Shown here: in pieces, positions 37,383 through 48,614 of the stretch
Layout of the letters: the number at the start of each line of letters is the position of its first letter
How positions within the stretch are numbered: the first letter of the stretch is position 1
Source of the DNA: Cyanobacteria bacterium P01_A01_bin.123
GTDB lineage: Bacteria; Cyanobacteriota; Cyanobacteriia; Phormidesmidales; Phormidesmidaceae
Length of the DNA stretch: 64,000 bases
Reading direction: 5' to 3'
NCBI GenBank assembly: GCA_039815185.1
Contig: JBCBZT010000005.1
Coordinates: 64,001 to 128,000, forward strand
Notes under the pieces: generated by a model
What the model was told of the DNA's origin: nothing
Seen by the model: the letters and a program-made list of their open reading frames with translations, nothing else
Databases searched by the model: none
Program-made: the position numbers and the translations under genes

Positions 37383-38024
37383 ATGCACATTGCCGACGGG
37401 ATTTTGCCCGCCCAAATTGCGATCGCAGGGTATGCCGGTACTGGATTGGTCACCTGGTACAGCCTCCGCAAAATTAATCAGCTACCCAACCCCCAGGCTC
37501 AAATTCCCAAAGCTTCGCTGCTGACAGCCGCGTTCTTTGTCGCCTCTTGGATTCATATTCCAGTGCCGCCCACGAGTGTTCATCTGATTTTGAATGGTTT
37601 GCTGGGGACTGTACTGGGTTATTTTGCCTTTCCGGCTATCCTGACTGGACTGTTATTTCAGGCCGTTATGTTTCAGCATGGGGGGTTATCCACCCTCGGG
37701 ATTAACGCGTTGATGATGGGCATACCGGCGATCGCAGCCCACCATATTTTTCAACTCCGGTATCAGTTTAAGTCATTGCCAGCTTGGAGCTTGGGGGTAT
37801 TTGGCTTTTTGTCGGGGGCTTTAGGATTGGGGCTAGCCGTTGTTATTTTCTTTGGATTACTGGTGACGCATCTGGCAGCAGGGCTAGACGCTCAAACTGA
37901 AACCGCAGCGATTATTGGGTTATGTCTAGCCCATATTCCTGTGGTGATGCTTGAGGGGATCTTTACAGCCCTTTTGGTGACGTTTTTTAACCGAGTCAAG
38001 CCAGAGTTGCTGCCATCGCCATGA
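37383..38024 (+). CDS. cbiM: Cobalt/nickel ECF transporter S component CbiM
   Basis: N-terminal MHIADG, SVHLILNGLLG, LFQAVMFQHGGLSTLG.N. Confidence 0.92.
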   Translation: MHIADGILPAQIAIAGYAGTGLVTWYSLRKINQLPNPQAQIPKASLLTAAFFVASWIHIPVPPTSVHLILNGLLGTVLGYFAFPAILTGLLFQAVMFQHGGLSTLGINALMMGIPAIAAHHIFQLRYQFKSLPAWSLGVFGFLSGALGLGLAVVIFFGLLVTHLAAGLDAQTETAAIIGLCLAHIPVVMLEGIFTALLVTFFNRVKPELLPSP

Positions 38025-38785
38025 AGCTAGGACTCGAACACTTTGCCCACCTCAACTCGCCCATTCACCGCTGGGCACCAGTGCCTAAACTGCTAGGCTT
38101 AGGAACGTTGATTTTCGCCTTTTCCAGTGTGCAGACTTTGATCGTGCTGCCAGGGATGATGGTGATCACAGCTGGCTTATTTAGCCTGTCAAGGTTGCCC
38201 TTGACCTTTTGGTGGCAGCGGTTGAAGTTGCCGGGGTTATTTTTAATCGGATTAGTGATTGCATTGCCCTTCATTTCGGGGGAAACGCCCATTTTTCAAT
38301 GGGGAATTCTACGACTCTATGGGGAAGGTCTCCAGGCTGTTGTGCTAATTTCTGTGCGGTTTGTTTGTATTCTCACCCTAGGGTTAATTTTGTTTGGTAC
38401 GGCCCCTTTTTTAAACATGATTACTGCCCTACGCAGTCTGGGCTTACCGCCGCTATTAGCCGATATGATTTTACTGTCTTATCGGTATATTTATGAGATT
38501 GGTGACTATTTCCAATCCATGAGGAAGGCTGTGAAGCTGAGGGGCTTCCGCAGCGATCGCCCCAATCTCAAAACCCTCAAAACCCTTTCAGCTCTGGCGG
38601 GGAGTTTGATTATTCGCAGCTATGAGCAATCTGAACAAGTGTATAAAGCGATGCTGATGCGGGGGTATGGGCAAGGGGCAAGCGTAGCTGAGCGTGCTCG
38701 CTTTTGTAGCCAAGACTGGGCGCTATTGGGGGTAACCGTAGGGAGTGCGATCGCAATACTTTTAGCAGAAGTTTTACTTGGATAA
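38021..38785 (+). CDS. cbiQ: Cobalt/nickel ECF transporter T component CbiQ
   Basis: SPIHRW.P..KL, YRYI, LRGF, RSYEQSEQVYKAM..RGY; ATGA overlap with cbiM. Confidence 0.9.
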   Translation: MKLGLEHFAHLNSPIHRWAPVPKLLGLGTLIFAFSSVQTLIVLPGMMVITAGLFSLSRLPLTFWWQRLKLPGLFLIGLVIALPFISGETPIFQWGILRLYGEGLQAVVLISVRFVCILTLGLILFGTAPFLNMITALRSLGLPPLLADMILLSYRYIYEIGDYFQSMRKAVKLRGFRSDRPNLKTLKTLSALAGSLIIRSYEQSEQVYKAMLMRGYGQGASVAERARFCSQDWALLGVTVGSAIAILLAEVLLG

Positions 38786-38941
38786 TGATTCTAATAAAGG
38801 ATGTAGTGGACAATAGTGATAGCAGCAGTACACCATCGGTGTAATCCAAACACAGGTCTACAGCTATGGCAATCTGCTCCTAGCGGTAAGGGCTTCTTCA
38901 AGTTCTGAACCATTGTCTTTTTCAGTACTCGATTAACCTGT

Positions 38942-40171
38942 ATGAAGATTCCAAGTCTCAATCGTGACCAACAGAAATTTCTATTTGTACTGAGTATTGC
39001 AGTTATTTATATAACACTCGTAGCCTGGCTTAATTTCTTACAAGGCCCTACCTGGTGGGATGAAAAACACTTCTGGGAAACGAGCCTAACATTTAGCGAT
39101 CGCCTGGTGCCTAGCATTAATGATTTGAGAGATTATGGCGAGCTGAATACGCCGCTGCCATTCATTATTTTTGGTGCTCTAGAGTATTTCTTCCATCAAG
39201 GGATATTTGCAGGTCGTCTGCTAAACCTGATTTTATCCCTCAGCATGGTCTTTATTATCGGTTGGCCTGCTCGAGGAAAAGGTGGACGAGCTATTTTGTG
39301 TCTAATTGGTCTATTCCTGTGCCCCTATTATCTCTGGTTGAGTGGGCGTTTATATACGGAGATGATCACCAGCTTTTGGGTGATGATGGGATTTGTCGCG
39401 TACGTTCGAAATCGGCATTTTCTGAGTTGTGTTGCCTTCATATTGGCGATCGCATCGCGGCAGTATATGTTAGCTTTTCCCGTTGCAATTATGGCTTATG
39501 AGCTTATGGTTGCCATACTCAAAATCATCCGCCGTCGTGGGATTATTCTAGTTGAACCGTGGAGGTGGTTAGCTCCCCTAATAGCTTCTGCGTCAATTTT
39601 GGGATGGTTCTATTTATTTGGAGGATTGGCACCTGCAACGGGCATAACGGTTCGTGATACACCTGAACTACAAGAAACAATTTGGGCTGTAACACCCGGT
39701 GGCATCATCAATTTTTTGTCCTTCGTTGGTGTCTATATCGTCATTCCAGAATTCATTCTATTTCAGCCTCAGAATAGACTCCAAGCGTTGAAGCCGAAAT
39801 GGCGTAAAGTCATCTGTATTGCAGTAATTTTGTTGCTATTTCTACTTGTATTTCCCCCATTATTTGGCGGTTCAGGCAATATCAATAAACTTGCTAGATT
39901 ATTGCCTTATGACATTCTGAAACTCATCTTCTACTATTGTCTATCTCTGCTAGCCTGCATTCGATTCTCCCAGCCCGATCTAATTTCAACGGTTGTTTTA
40001 TTTAATAGCTTAGTAATGATGAAGGCGCATTCTTGGGATCGATATATATTACCCCTGGTGATCGTTTTCTGGTATCTAAAGTCAACGGGGCTTGCAGAAG
40101 AACTTAATATCTTTAAACAACAAGATAAAATGCTAATCAAAGAGGATGGTGTAACAAAACTCCTCAACTAA
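38942..40171 (+). CDS. Polytopic membrane protein, probable GT-C fold glycosyltransferase
   Basis: About 10 TM helices; WWDE after TM1, TPL, GRLL, LYTE, RQ and late RYILP motifs. Confidence 0.6.
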   Translation: MKIPSLNRDQQKFLFVLSIAVIYITLVAWLNFLQGPTWWDEKHFWETSLTFSDRLVPSINDLRDYGELNTPLPFIIFGALEYFFHQGIFAGRLLNLILSLSMVFIIGWPARGKGGRAILCLIGLFLCPYYLWLSGRLYTEMITSFWVMMGFVAYVRNRHFLSCVAFILAIASRQYMLAFPVAIMAYELMVAILKIIRRRGIILVEPWRWLAPLIASASILGWFYLFGGLAPATGITVRDTPELQETIWAVTPGGIINFLSFVGVYIVIPEFILFQPQNRLQALKPKWRKVICIAVILLLFLLVFPPLFGGSGNINKLARLLPYDILKLIFYYCLSLLACIRFSQPDLISTVVLFNSLVMMKAHSWDRYILPLVIVFWYLKSTGLAEELNIFKQQDKMLIKEDGVTKLLN

Positions 40172-40726
40172 AATAAGATCTACTTGCTTAAAGCCCTTAA
40201 TTTCAAAAACTTGGTTTTGTTAAATCAGAGATATTTTTCCTAGATAGCAACCACCAAGTCTAATCTCATTGGATTATCAAGGACGAATCTCTAGCAGCTT
40301 CAGCATAGTTTTATACCAAGTCTGCTCATGAACTTGTCAGGCAGCAAGACTACATCGATATTGAGACAGCCCTGACGGGAACAAAATGACGAGTAAATCC
40401 GTCTGCCGGGAAATTGCTTATCGATACTGCAATAACCTTGCTATAACGTCTGACAAAACCACTACGGAAGCTGGAGATCTGCCGTCTAGTTATAAATAAA
40501 TAACCTGCCCCATCAAGATTACGTAAAGTTTCGATGAATATACGGAGAAATATCTTGCAAAATTCCAGATAAAAGTTTTAGCTATATCTTTATACAAGCC
40601 ATAGACCTTAGTGTTGAATTGCATAAACGCCTATTGGCGTATTTTTAACGGGATTTTTAAGGCTAGGGCACCAAGGCATTCTTTGCTTTTTTTGAAGTGA
40701 TGGTTTAGCTTTTACCAACCATAGTA

Positions 40727-41746
40727 ATGTCTTCAATCAGTGTTTCAGTTGTGATTCCCGTTTACAACGGCGGGAAAGATTTTCGACTATGTTTAACCAG
40801 CGTCCGAGCAAGCCTGCGTACCTCTGATGAACTTATTGTGGTGTCTGATGGTGATACGGACTGCTCTTGGTGTGTGGCAGAGGAATTTGGCGCCAAGGTA
40901 CTGCGGCTAAGGGATCAAGGTGGGCCTGCCCGAGCTAGAAATGTTGGTGCCAAGGCAGCTCAAGGGGCTATTGTGTTCTTCGTGGATGCTGATGTCACGC
41001 TCTATCCCGATACGTTGAGTTTGATTGAACAGCGGTTTCAGCAGCAGCCAGACCTGGCCGCGCTGATTGGTTCCTATGACGATGCGCCAGGTGCCAGCAA
41101 CTTTCTTTCTCAGTACAAAAATCTGTTTCATCACTACACCCATCAGGCATCTCTGGAAGTTGCCTCTACTTTTTGGGGGGCATGTGGGGCGATTCGTCGG
41201 TCGGCCTTTCAGGCAGTGGGTGGATTTGATGAAAGTTACCGCAAACCCTGCATTGAGGATATTGAGTTGGGCTATCGGCTCAAACAGGCAGGTTACACGA
41301 TCCACCTATGCAAAGATATTCAGGTAAAGCACTTGAAGCGATGGGAGCCAATATCCTTGCTAAGGGCAGAGATTTTCTACAGAGCATTACCTTGGGCAGA
41401 GTTGATTCTGCGCGATCGCCGCTTGGATGCTGACCTGAATCTCAGCCACACCAATCGTGTAAGTGTTTTACTTGTATTTGCCCTGGTTGGGAGTTTAGGG
41501 GCTGGTGTCATGATCCCTTGGTTATGGTTGGTTACTGCGGTTTCAGCGCTGGGGCTACTGGTGATCAACCTAGATGTCTATCGGTTTTTTTACGATAAAC
41601 GGGGACTGCTATTTACTTTGCGAGTGATTCCTTGGCACTGGTTTTACTTCCTCTATGGCGGTGCCGCCTTTGCCTATAGCATTTTGAGGTACTACGTTAG
41701 ACCGCTTGCATCTACCCGAGCCCATGGTGGACTGGGGAGTTCGTAA
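40727..41746 (+). CDS. Glycosyltransferase family 2 with C-terminal TM helices
   Basis: SVVIPVYN, GGPARARN.GA, FFVDAD, GGFDE, IEDIELGYRL. Confidence 0.92.
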   Translation: MSSISVSVVIPVYNGGKDFRLCLTSVRASLRTSDELIVVSDGDTDCSWCVAEEFGAKVLRLRDQGGPARARNVGAKAAQGAIVFFVDADVTLYPDTLSLIEQRFQQQPDLAALIGSYDDAPGASNFLSQYKNLFHHYTHQASLEVASTFWGACGAIRRSAFQAVGGFDESYRKPCIEDIELGYRLKQAGYTIHLCKDIQVKHLKRWEPISLLRAEIFYRALPWAELILRDRRLDADLNLSHTNRVSVLLVFALVGSLGAGVMIPWLWLVTAVSALGLLVINLDVYRFFYDKRGLLFTLRVIPWHWFYFLYGGAAFAYSILRYYVRPLASTRAHGGLGSS

Positions 41747-41799
41747 ATCGAGATGGTGTCTATGCCACTAAAGCTCAGAACATTAATAACTGGAGTCTC

Positions 41800-43299
41800 A
41801 TGGTGATTAATAATTCCTCCCCTGTGGTAATTATCGGCGGTGGGCCTGCTGGTCTAACATCGGGATATGAACTGATGAAACATGGTGTCACTTCAGTTGT
41901 GCTTGAAAAAGCTGATAAAGTGGGTGGAATCTCTCGCACGGAAACCTACAAGGGCTATCGGTTTGACATTGGGGGGCACCGCTTCTTCACAAAGGTGGGT
42001 GAGGTGAAAGCCGTCTGGAAAGAAATTTTAGGCGATGACTTTATTCAAGTCCCTAGACTCTCTCGTATCTACTATAAGGGTAAGTTTTACGACTATCCGA
42101 TCTCTGTTTTTAAGACCCTGAGAAATATTGGTCCCGTTTACAGTTCTTTAGTGATAGCCAGTTATCTTAAGGCTAAACTCCGGAAGAAACTAAACCCCGA
42201 GTTTGAAGCAGAAACTTTTGAAGAGTGGGTCACAGACTGTTTTGGAGAACGGCTTTATCGAATGTTCTTTAAAACCTATACCGAAAAGGTTTGGGGGATT
42301 CCCTGCAGCCAAATTCGTGCCGATTGGGCCGCTCAGCGGATTCAAAATATGTCCCTGAAACAAGTTGTGATCAATGCAGTATTTGGTAGTCAAAATGCTA
42401 AAAGTTTGATCAAGAAGTTTGACTATCCCCGTTTAGGGCCAGGCATGATGTGGGAGCGATGCCAGGAGTTACTTGAAGTTCACGGGTCGCCAGTTCACCT
42501 CAATACCGAAGTGGTGCGTGTTGAGCGAGAAGGCACTCGCATTACTCAGGTTGTTGCTAAACAGGGCGATCATACCTTTACCTTGACCGGAGAACATTTC
42601 ATCAACTCTATGCCGGTCAGTGCTTTAGTTCGTCGTCTCAACCCACAGCCTCCCAAATCTGTCTTAGCAGCAGCTCGGGGGCTTAAATATCGTGACTTTC
42701 TGATTGTTTCGCTGATTGTCAATCAAGATCACCTGTTTCCTGATAACTGGCTCTATATTCATAGTCCCGAGTTTAAGGTTGGCCGTATTCAAAACTTTAA
42801 AAACTGGAGCCCTCACATGGTTCCTGATGCCAGTAAAACCTGCTTAGGAATGGAATATTTTTGTAGTGAAGGTGATGACATATGGGAAATGTCAGACTCG
42901 AAGTTAATTGAAGTAGCATCCCAAGAGATTACTCGATTAGGGTTAGGCGTGAAACTTGATGATGTTGAAGATGGCTGCGTGATTCGTCAACGTAAAGCCT
43001 ATCCAGTCTATGACGGTGAATATCGCAAACATCTACAGGTACTGCAAGATTATCTGAAAACCTTTGAAAATCTGCAAACAGTAGGTCGTAATGGTATGCA
43101 CCGTTACAACAACCAAGATCACTCAATGCTGACAGCGCTACTGGCGGCTAAAAATATTCTGGGCGAGAACCATGATTTATGGAATGTGAATGTTGAGCGG
43201 TCATATCACGAAAACTTTACTGACGCAGAATGGTCAAAACTTAAGCAACAGCCCAAAGAATCTGTTGCAGATGCTCGCTCTTTGTCGCCTGCTGCTTAG
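41800..43299 (+). CDS. FAD-dependent oxidoreductase (UDP-galactopyranose-mutase/protoporphyrinogen-oxidase-like superfamily)
   Basis: GGGPAGL, VGGISRT, FDIGGHRF, YTEKVWG, AYPVYD, GRNGMHRYNNQDHSM. Confidence 0.85.
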   Translation: MVINNSSPVVIIGGGPAGLTSGYELMKHGVTSVVLEKADKVGGISRTETYKGYRFDIGGHRFFTKVGEVKAVWKEILGDDFIQVPRLSRIYYKGKFYDYPISVFKTLRNIGPVYSSLVIASYLKAKLRKKLNPEFEAETFEEWVTDCFGERLYRMFFKTYTEKVWGIPCSQIRADWAAQRIQNMSLKQVVINAVFGSQNAKSLIKKFDYPRLGPGMMWERCQELLEVHGSPVHLNTEVVRVEREGTRITQVVAKQGDHTFTLTGEHFINSMPVSALVRRLNPQPPKSVLAAARGLKYRDFLIVSLIVNQDHLFPDNWLYIHSPEFKVGRIQNFKNWSPHMVPDASKTCLGMEYFCSEGDDIWEMSDSKLIEVASQEITRLGLGVKLDDVEDGCVIRQRKAYPVYDGEYRKHLQVLQDYLKTFENLQTVGRNGMHRYNNQDHSMLTALLAAKNILGENHDLWNVNVERSYHENFTDAEWSKLKQQPKESVADARSLSPAA

Positions 43300-43361
43300 A
43301 GATGGATGATTTAGAGACCATAGCTCACCTATTTCCTTGATCAATACTGAGATTGGTTTTT

Positions 43362-44180
43362 ATGGCGTGTATTGCTCAAACTAACCTTCAGCTATTTAAT
43401 CAGCTTCAGGCACTCAACTACTCAGAAGCTGATCTCGTTTGTATCAACAGAGCTTACAACTTGACAGCCCGTTCTTTTTCCGGTTACTACCGGGGCTCGG
43501 GAAAACCCTTTCTAGCCCATTTAATTGGCACGGCTAGTATTCTAGCTTCAGTCAAGGCTCCAATTGAAACAGTGGCGGCGGGGTTGCTCCACGCTATTTA
43601 TAATTTTGGGCGATATACGGGCGATCGCCCAATCGCTGCTCATAAACGCTTGTGGTTGAGAAAGCGCGTGGGTGAAAAAATAGAGGCTTATGTGGCGCAG
43701 TATTCTACCTTCGTCTGGAACGAGCAAACGATCCCTGAAATTTTCAACAGCTTGCCAAGCCTAGAAAAAGATGAAATTGGCGGTCAAGTCTTACTCGTCA
43801 GATTGGCTAATGAACTAGAAGACCACCTCGACTTGGGGGTTTTGTATTGCCGTAATTTAGAAGGGCGACTGGCGTATATCCGGAATAGCGGTTCCCTAAT
43901 AGTTGATATGGCAAATGCATTGGGATTTCCTAGCTTATCTGATCGACTTTCAAAAACATTTCAAGAAACTTTAGAAGCAGAGGTTCCACAGCGGTTTCAT
44001 ATTTCGAATGACTATTCTTATTTGGTTCCGACAGAGCCATATCTTCTATATTTAACAAAAAAGACATATGCATCAATACTTTATCGATTTGATCACCACC
44101 GCTGGAGTCAAAAGTTTGCCCACAAATTCAGGAATCAAACTTTTGAATGGTCGAATAAGCTAGGCTTCACTAAAGAGTGA
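43362..44180 (+). CDS. HD-like domain protein (DUF6817-like)
   Basis: AQTNLQLFNQL, RGSGKPFLAHLIGTASIL, AAGLLHAIY, RLANELEDHLD. Confidence 0.7.
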   Translation: MACIAQTNLQLFNQLQALNYSEADLVCINRAYNLTARSFSGYYRGSGKPFLAHLIGTASILASVKAPIETVAAGLLHAIYNFGRYTGDRPIAAHKRLWLRKRVGEKIEAYVAQYSTFVWNEQTIPEIFNSLPSLEKDEIGGQVLLVRLANELEDHLDLGVLYCRNLEGRLAYIRNSGSLIVDMANALGFPSLSDRLSKTFQETLEAEVPQRFHISNDYSYLVPTEPYLLYLTKKTYASILYRFDHHRWSQKFAHKFRNQTFEWSNKLGFTKE

Positions 44181-44209
44181 GGAGTTTAAGGGGGGTGAGG
44201 AGATAAACT

Positions 44210-45271
44210 TTGAAAAGGATAAAGGTTGGATTAGCAGGTTTTGGAAGATTTTCAGAATTGGTTCTGATTAATATCCTGATGCGATCGCCTTGGGACTTGC
44301 TAGCAATTGCTGACACCTCAAAGGCACGAAGAAACCTAGCTAGGCAACTTACCAAAGATGTAGAAATCCTTGAAAGTTATCAGGAACTCATTTTACAACC
44401 TAATATAGAAGCGGTCATTATTTCATTGCCCAGTAATCTTCATGCGGAGGCAAGTATACTTGCTTTTCAGCACGGCAAGCATGTGTATCTTGAGAAACCT
44501 ATCGCTACCAATATTGTAGATGCCAAATGCGTTATCGAATCCTGGAAAGGTTCTAAATGTGCCGGAATGATAGGTCTTAACTACAGATTTCATCCCCTAA
44601 ATCAACTGGCACAGAAATATTTTAGCCAAAATAAACTTGAAGATGTCTTTCATGTCACTTCAAGTTTTTCTTCCCCCATACGGGAACTGCCGAAATGGCA
44701 GCATTCACGTGAAAGTGGTGGAGGTGTTCTGCTTCATTTGGCAACTCATCATATCGATCTGATTCGCTTCATTTTGGGCGCTGAAGTGAGAACTGTCTTT
44801 TCTAAAATAAGCACCCAAATATATCCAGGAGATACCGCCTGGCTGCAGATGACCTTAGACAATAACATTACGACTCAATCTTTCTTTTCTCATAGTGCTG
44901 TTCGAGAAGATGTTTTTCATTTCTATCAAAAGACAGGTAAATTGACTATTGATAGATACCATTCACTGAATTTGGAATTTACCAAGCCGGATATTCAACC
45001 CTCACGCTTTCCCGCTATAGCGCGTTACTTCAAGCAACTCATTAACAGTCCGGTTTTGCGTTCAAAACTAAGCAATCCTCGAAGAGAACCCTCATATAAA
45101 TTGGCTTTTGACCGCTTTGCAGATGCGATCAAAAGCCGAATCTCGCCAAGCCCTGATTTGTGGGATGGATACTACAGCTTTTTGGTTGTTGAGGCAGCCG
45201 AAAAATCGGCTCAAATAGGGAAGGTCGTCAATTTGGAGCAGTGGGCCAGTGAAAGTACTGCTTGTCAATGA
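44210..45271 (+). CDS. Gfo/Idh/MocA family oxidoreductase
   Basis: GLAGFGR, GKHVYLEKPIA, NYRFHP, GGGVLLHLATHHIDL. TTG start. Confidence 0.88.
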   Translation: MKRIKVGLAGFGRFSELVLINILMRSPWDLLAIADTSKARRNLARQLTKDVEILESYQELILQPNIEAVIISLPSNLHAEASILAFQHGKHVYLEKPIATNIVDAKCVIESWKGSKCAGMIGLNYRFHPLNQLAQKYFSQNKLEDVFHVTSSFSSPIRELPKWQHSRESGGGVLLHLATHHIDLIRFILGAEVRTVFSKISTQIYPGDTAWLQMTLDNNITTQSFFSHSAVREDVFHFYQKTGKLTIDRYHSLNLEFTKPDIQPSRFPAIARYFKQLINSPVLRSKLSNPRREPSYKLAFDRFADAIKSRISPSPDLWDGYYSFLVVEAAEKSAQIGKVVNLEQWASESTACQ

Positions 45272-46424
45272 CTATGCCACGCCGACTGGGGGCGCTGAGT
45301 TGATTATGCTAGCCCTGCGCCAGCAGTTAAGAGTGCTCGGACACGACGTAAGGCTTTTTGCCAGTTCTGCGAGGCCCTTGAATAAAAGGAGTGAAGCCGA
45401 TTATGAATGTCTAGGAACCACCTCAAGATTTCGGACTTTATTGCAATCCAATAATCCCTGGGCCTCCCAAAAGCTTGCCGAGGTATTGGCTGATTTCAAG
45501 CCCGACATTGTCCATGTCAGGATTTTTTTAACGCAACTTTCGCCCAGTATTCTGCCGCTCTTAGTCAATATCCCAACCATATACCATGTTGCCTGGTATC
45601 GCCCCATTTGTCCGTTAGGAACTAAACGGCTACCTACTGGTGAAAGCTGTCATTATTCAGTGGGAGCTGAATGCTATAAAAAGGGTTGTTTGCCAATTCA
45701 TGACTGGCTTCCCCTGATGTTTCAGATGCGTCGTTGGGATGCTTGGAAGCATGCGTTTAATTTGGTGGTAGCTAACAGTCACTTTGTGAAAGTGCAACTC
45801 GTTGGCCAAGGTGTTGATGCGACAGAAGTTATATGGAATGGCATTCCCTATCAACCCATATGCTTAGAGCTCTCACCAGCACCAACGGCTGTTTTTGCAG
45901 GGCGATTGGTGATTGAAAAAGGTGTCGATGTGTTGATCAAAGCCTTTAACCTTGTGACCGATGCAGTTCCCCATGCAAAGTTACTGATTGCGGGCGCAGG
46001 ATCAGAAAGGAAAAATCTTGTTGGCCTAGTTTCAGACTTAAAGCTCCAAAATAGCGTGACCTTTTTAGGCCATCTATCGCGTAAAGATATGGAGGAAAAA
46101 TTTAAAGAGGCCTGGGTTCAGGTTGTTCCTTCTCAATGGCAAGAGCCCTTTGGAATTGTTGCAGCAGAAGCCATGATGAGAGGAAAGGCCGTGATTTCAA
46201 GTAACTTGGGTGGATTGACTGAGATTGTGCGTCCAGGTGAAACTGGGTTATTGTTTACGCACAATAATATTCAGGAATTGGCGAGTTCGATCACAAGCAT
46301 TTTAAGTGATCGAGCTGTTGCTAGAAGCATGGGCGAGGCGGGGCGTAAAATTGCACTAGCTGATTTTAGTGAAGAGTCTTTTGTCCAGAAATTTTTGAAC
46401 CTTTACCGAAAGGTGGCAGTTTAG
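45249..46424 (+). CDS. Glycosyltransferase family 4
   Basis: GGAE, FAGRL..EKGVD, EPFGIVAAEAM..G..VI.S..GGL.EIV..GETGLL. Confidence 0.92.
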   Translation: MKVLLVNDYATPTGGAELIMLALRQQLRVLGHDVRLFASSARPLNKRSEADYECLGTTSRFRTLLQSNNPWASQKLAEVLADFKPDIVHVRIFLTQLSPSILPLLVNIPTIYHVAWYRPICPLGTKRLPTGESCHYSVGAECYKKGCLPIHDWLPLMFQMRRWDAWKHAFNLVVANSHFVKVQLVGQGVDATEVIWNGIPYQPICLELSPAPTAVFAGRLVIEKGVDVLIKAFNLVTDAVPHAKLLIAGAGSERKNLVGLVSDLKLQNSVTFLGHLSRKDMEEKFKEAWVQVVPSQWQEPFGIVAAEAMMRGKAVISSNLGGLTEIVRPGETGLLFTHNNIQELASSITSILSDRAVARSMGEAGRKIALADFSEESFVQKFLNLYRKVAV

Positions 46425-46465
46425 TCCAACTTTGATCTTCAATTGATATTTATGAGGTAAATAAA

Positions 46466-47500
46466 ATGAGCACCAGCATTGGAGTTAAAACGGACGCTAA
46501 TGAAGTGGCTGCTGCTGAAATGTCTAAAGCGCATCCGCTTGTCTCTGTCGTCGTTGAAGGCTACAACGAGTTAAATGATTTAGGAACGGCTAATGATACT
46601 TTAGATGCACTTGCCAATCAACAGTATCCACTCAACCTAATAGAAGTTATCTTAGTTGGCACATCTGCACAGGTAGAGGTTTGGGAAAAGCAGTTCTCTG
46701 ATACTCAATTTTCTGCTGTTAAACCTTTTGCCTATGATGGGATTGGCTATTACGAATTTAAGAACCTATGCCTCAATGTTGCATCAGGTCAGGTATTCGC
46801 CTTTACTGATTCGGATGTGACTCCCAGATCAGAGTGGATTAAATCTGGTGTAGAAGAAATCCAAAAAGGAGCAGCGGCGGTTGTGGGGCCAAGCCTTTTT
46901 CAAAACGAAGAATGGGGCCCCGATACGATGCTAATGAGGGTGGCAGCATCTGTCTCATGGGGATTTGTAGTTGGTGAAGACAAAGGCAGGGGTTGTTTGA
47001 TCGCGGCTAACATGCTAAGTCATAACGTCATCTTTAGCGCCGACACATTTCGCGAGTTTCAATTTACGACAGATTATGGCAGAACTTGCTCTCCAGCTTT
47101 GCTTTACAAAACCCTCATTCACTCAAACCGGAAAGTTGCTTTTAACCCGAAACAACAAGCGGCTCACTCATTTACCTGGAAGTGGTGGCTGTTTCAGTAC
47201 CATTATCGTTTGGGTTACGAGATTTATCGTTTAAGAAGGCTGGACGCCTCTTATCCCAATCAGTGGATTAGCAAAACGAAAATTCTAGAGCCAGTTGTAA
47301 CACTAATGTGGCATGTCCTTTTGGACTTACCAAGATGGCTGAGATTTAGCAAAGCCTTAAATGAAAATCCTTTGCGTCGGTGGGCTTCCTTCCCACTATT
47401 AGTTATCTTGTCTTTGATCGCCCATAGTTCTGAAATGATTGGAATGTATGCAACTTTGGCTAACCCTGAGAAAATGAGGCAATGGGCTGAGAGTGCATAG
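46466..47500 (+). CDS. Glycosyltransferase family 2-like protein
   Basis: LVSVVVEGYN, FAFTDSDV.P...W. Confidence 0.75.
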   Translation: MSTSIGVKTDANEVAAAEMSKAHPLVSVVVEGYNELNDLGTANDTLDALANQQYPLNLIEVILVGTSAQVEVWEKQFSDTQFSAVKPFAYDGIGYYEFKNLCLNVASGQVFAFTDSDVTPRSEWIKSGVEEIQKGAAAVVGPSLFQNEEWGPDTMLMRVAASVSWGFVVGEDKGRGCLIAANMLSHNVIFSADTFREFQFTTDYGRTCSPALLYKTLIHSNRKVAFNPKQQAAHSFTWKWWLFQYHYRLGYEIYRLRRLDASYPNQWISKTKILEPVVTLMWHVLLDLPRWLRFSKALNENPLRRWASFPLLVILSLIAHSSEMIGMYATLANPEKMRQWAESA

Positions 47501-47600
47501 CGCTTTTGTTGACTATCGATATGAATTAGACAGCTTAAGTCTGTCAGAAAGTATGGGTGTTTAGTCAAATCCTATTGGATGACAAAGAGATTTGGGAGAA

Positions 47601-48521
47601 ATGAGTAAGAGTAGTAATTTGCCTAATTTGTTAATTATTGGTGCTATGAAGTCTGGCACAACCAGCCTTCATTATTATTTAGATTTGCATCCGGAAATAT
47701 GTATGTCTCGGGCAAAAGAACTAAACTTCTTCATTGAAGAATTTAATTGGAATCAAGGAGTACAGTGGTATCGATCTCACTTCCTAGGGCAAGCAAAAAT
47801 CTATGGGGAATCATCACCTAACTACACTAGATATCCTAAATGGAAAGGAGTGCCGCATAGAATTTTTTCAGTGATACCAGAAACAAAATTGATATACCTA
47901 GTGCGTGATCCAATTGAGCGAATCATCTCTCACTATATACACTTCTATTCCAATAATATGGAAAATCGAAGCATCGATGAAGCCTTGGCCAAGTTCGATG
48001 GCAATTTATATGTGGATCGCAGTAAGTATTTTTTCCAGCTAGAACAATACTTTAGTTATTTTTCTAATGCTAATATTTTAATTCTTACTTCTGAAGAGCT
48101 TCTGAATTATCCTCAGAAAACGATGAAAAAAGTCTTTCAATTTCTAGAGGTGGATGATAGTTTTCAGTTCAAGTTTAGAGCCAAAAACCTTTCGGATTTT
48201 TTACGTTTTGGCCCTGCTATTTTTAATTCAAACTTCCAGTTCAATATGAAACTTCATGAGTCTTCTCGAAAGAGAAGGATAACAATGCCTAAACATAATT
48301 CAGTAATGGCAGCTTTAGCTATGACGCTTCAATATCTACCTCCTGAGTTGAGGTGTCACCTCGAGAAGGTCATGTATAGGCCTTTTTCTCAGAAAATTGA
48401 GCGCCCGAGAATGAGTGATGCTCTACGGGATAGGTTGTTGGAATATCTTGCTGATGATATTAAGAGACTCCAATCATATGCAGAATGCGACTTTAAAGAA
48501 TGGAATATAAGTCCGTCCTGA
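47601..48521 (+). CDS. PAPS-dependent sulfotransferase
   Basis: 5'-PSB IIGAMKSGTTSL..YL..HP.I, KE.NFF, GESSP.Y, 3'-PB RDPIERIISHY. Confidence 0.92.
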   Translation: MSKSSNLPNLLIIGAMKSGTTSLHYYLDLHPEICMSRAKELNFFIEEFNWNQGVQWYRSHFLGQAKIYGESSPNYTRYPKWKGVPHRIFSVIPETKLIYLVRDPIERIISHYIHFYSNNMENRSIDEALAKFDGNLYVDRSKYFFQLEQYFSYFSNANILILTSEELLNYPQKTMKKVFQFLEVDDSFQFKFRAKNLSDFLRFGPAIFNSNFQFNMKLHESSRKRRITMPKHNSVMAALAMTLQYLPPELRCHLEKVMYRPFSQKIERPRMSDALRDRLLEYLADDIKRLQSYAECDFKEWNISPS

Positions 48522-48614
48522 TTTCAAGTCTGCTCTTTGCGCTAAAGATTTAATCAAGATATGGTGACTACCTTAAACTCGACCAGTTAATGAGTTTGTT
48601 TAGGATTGAGAAAT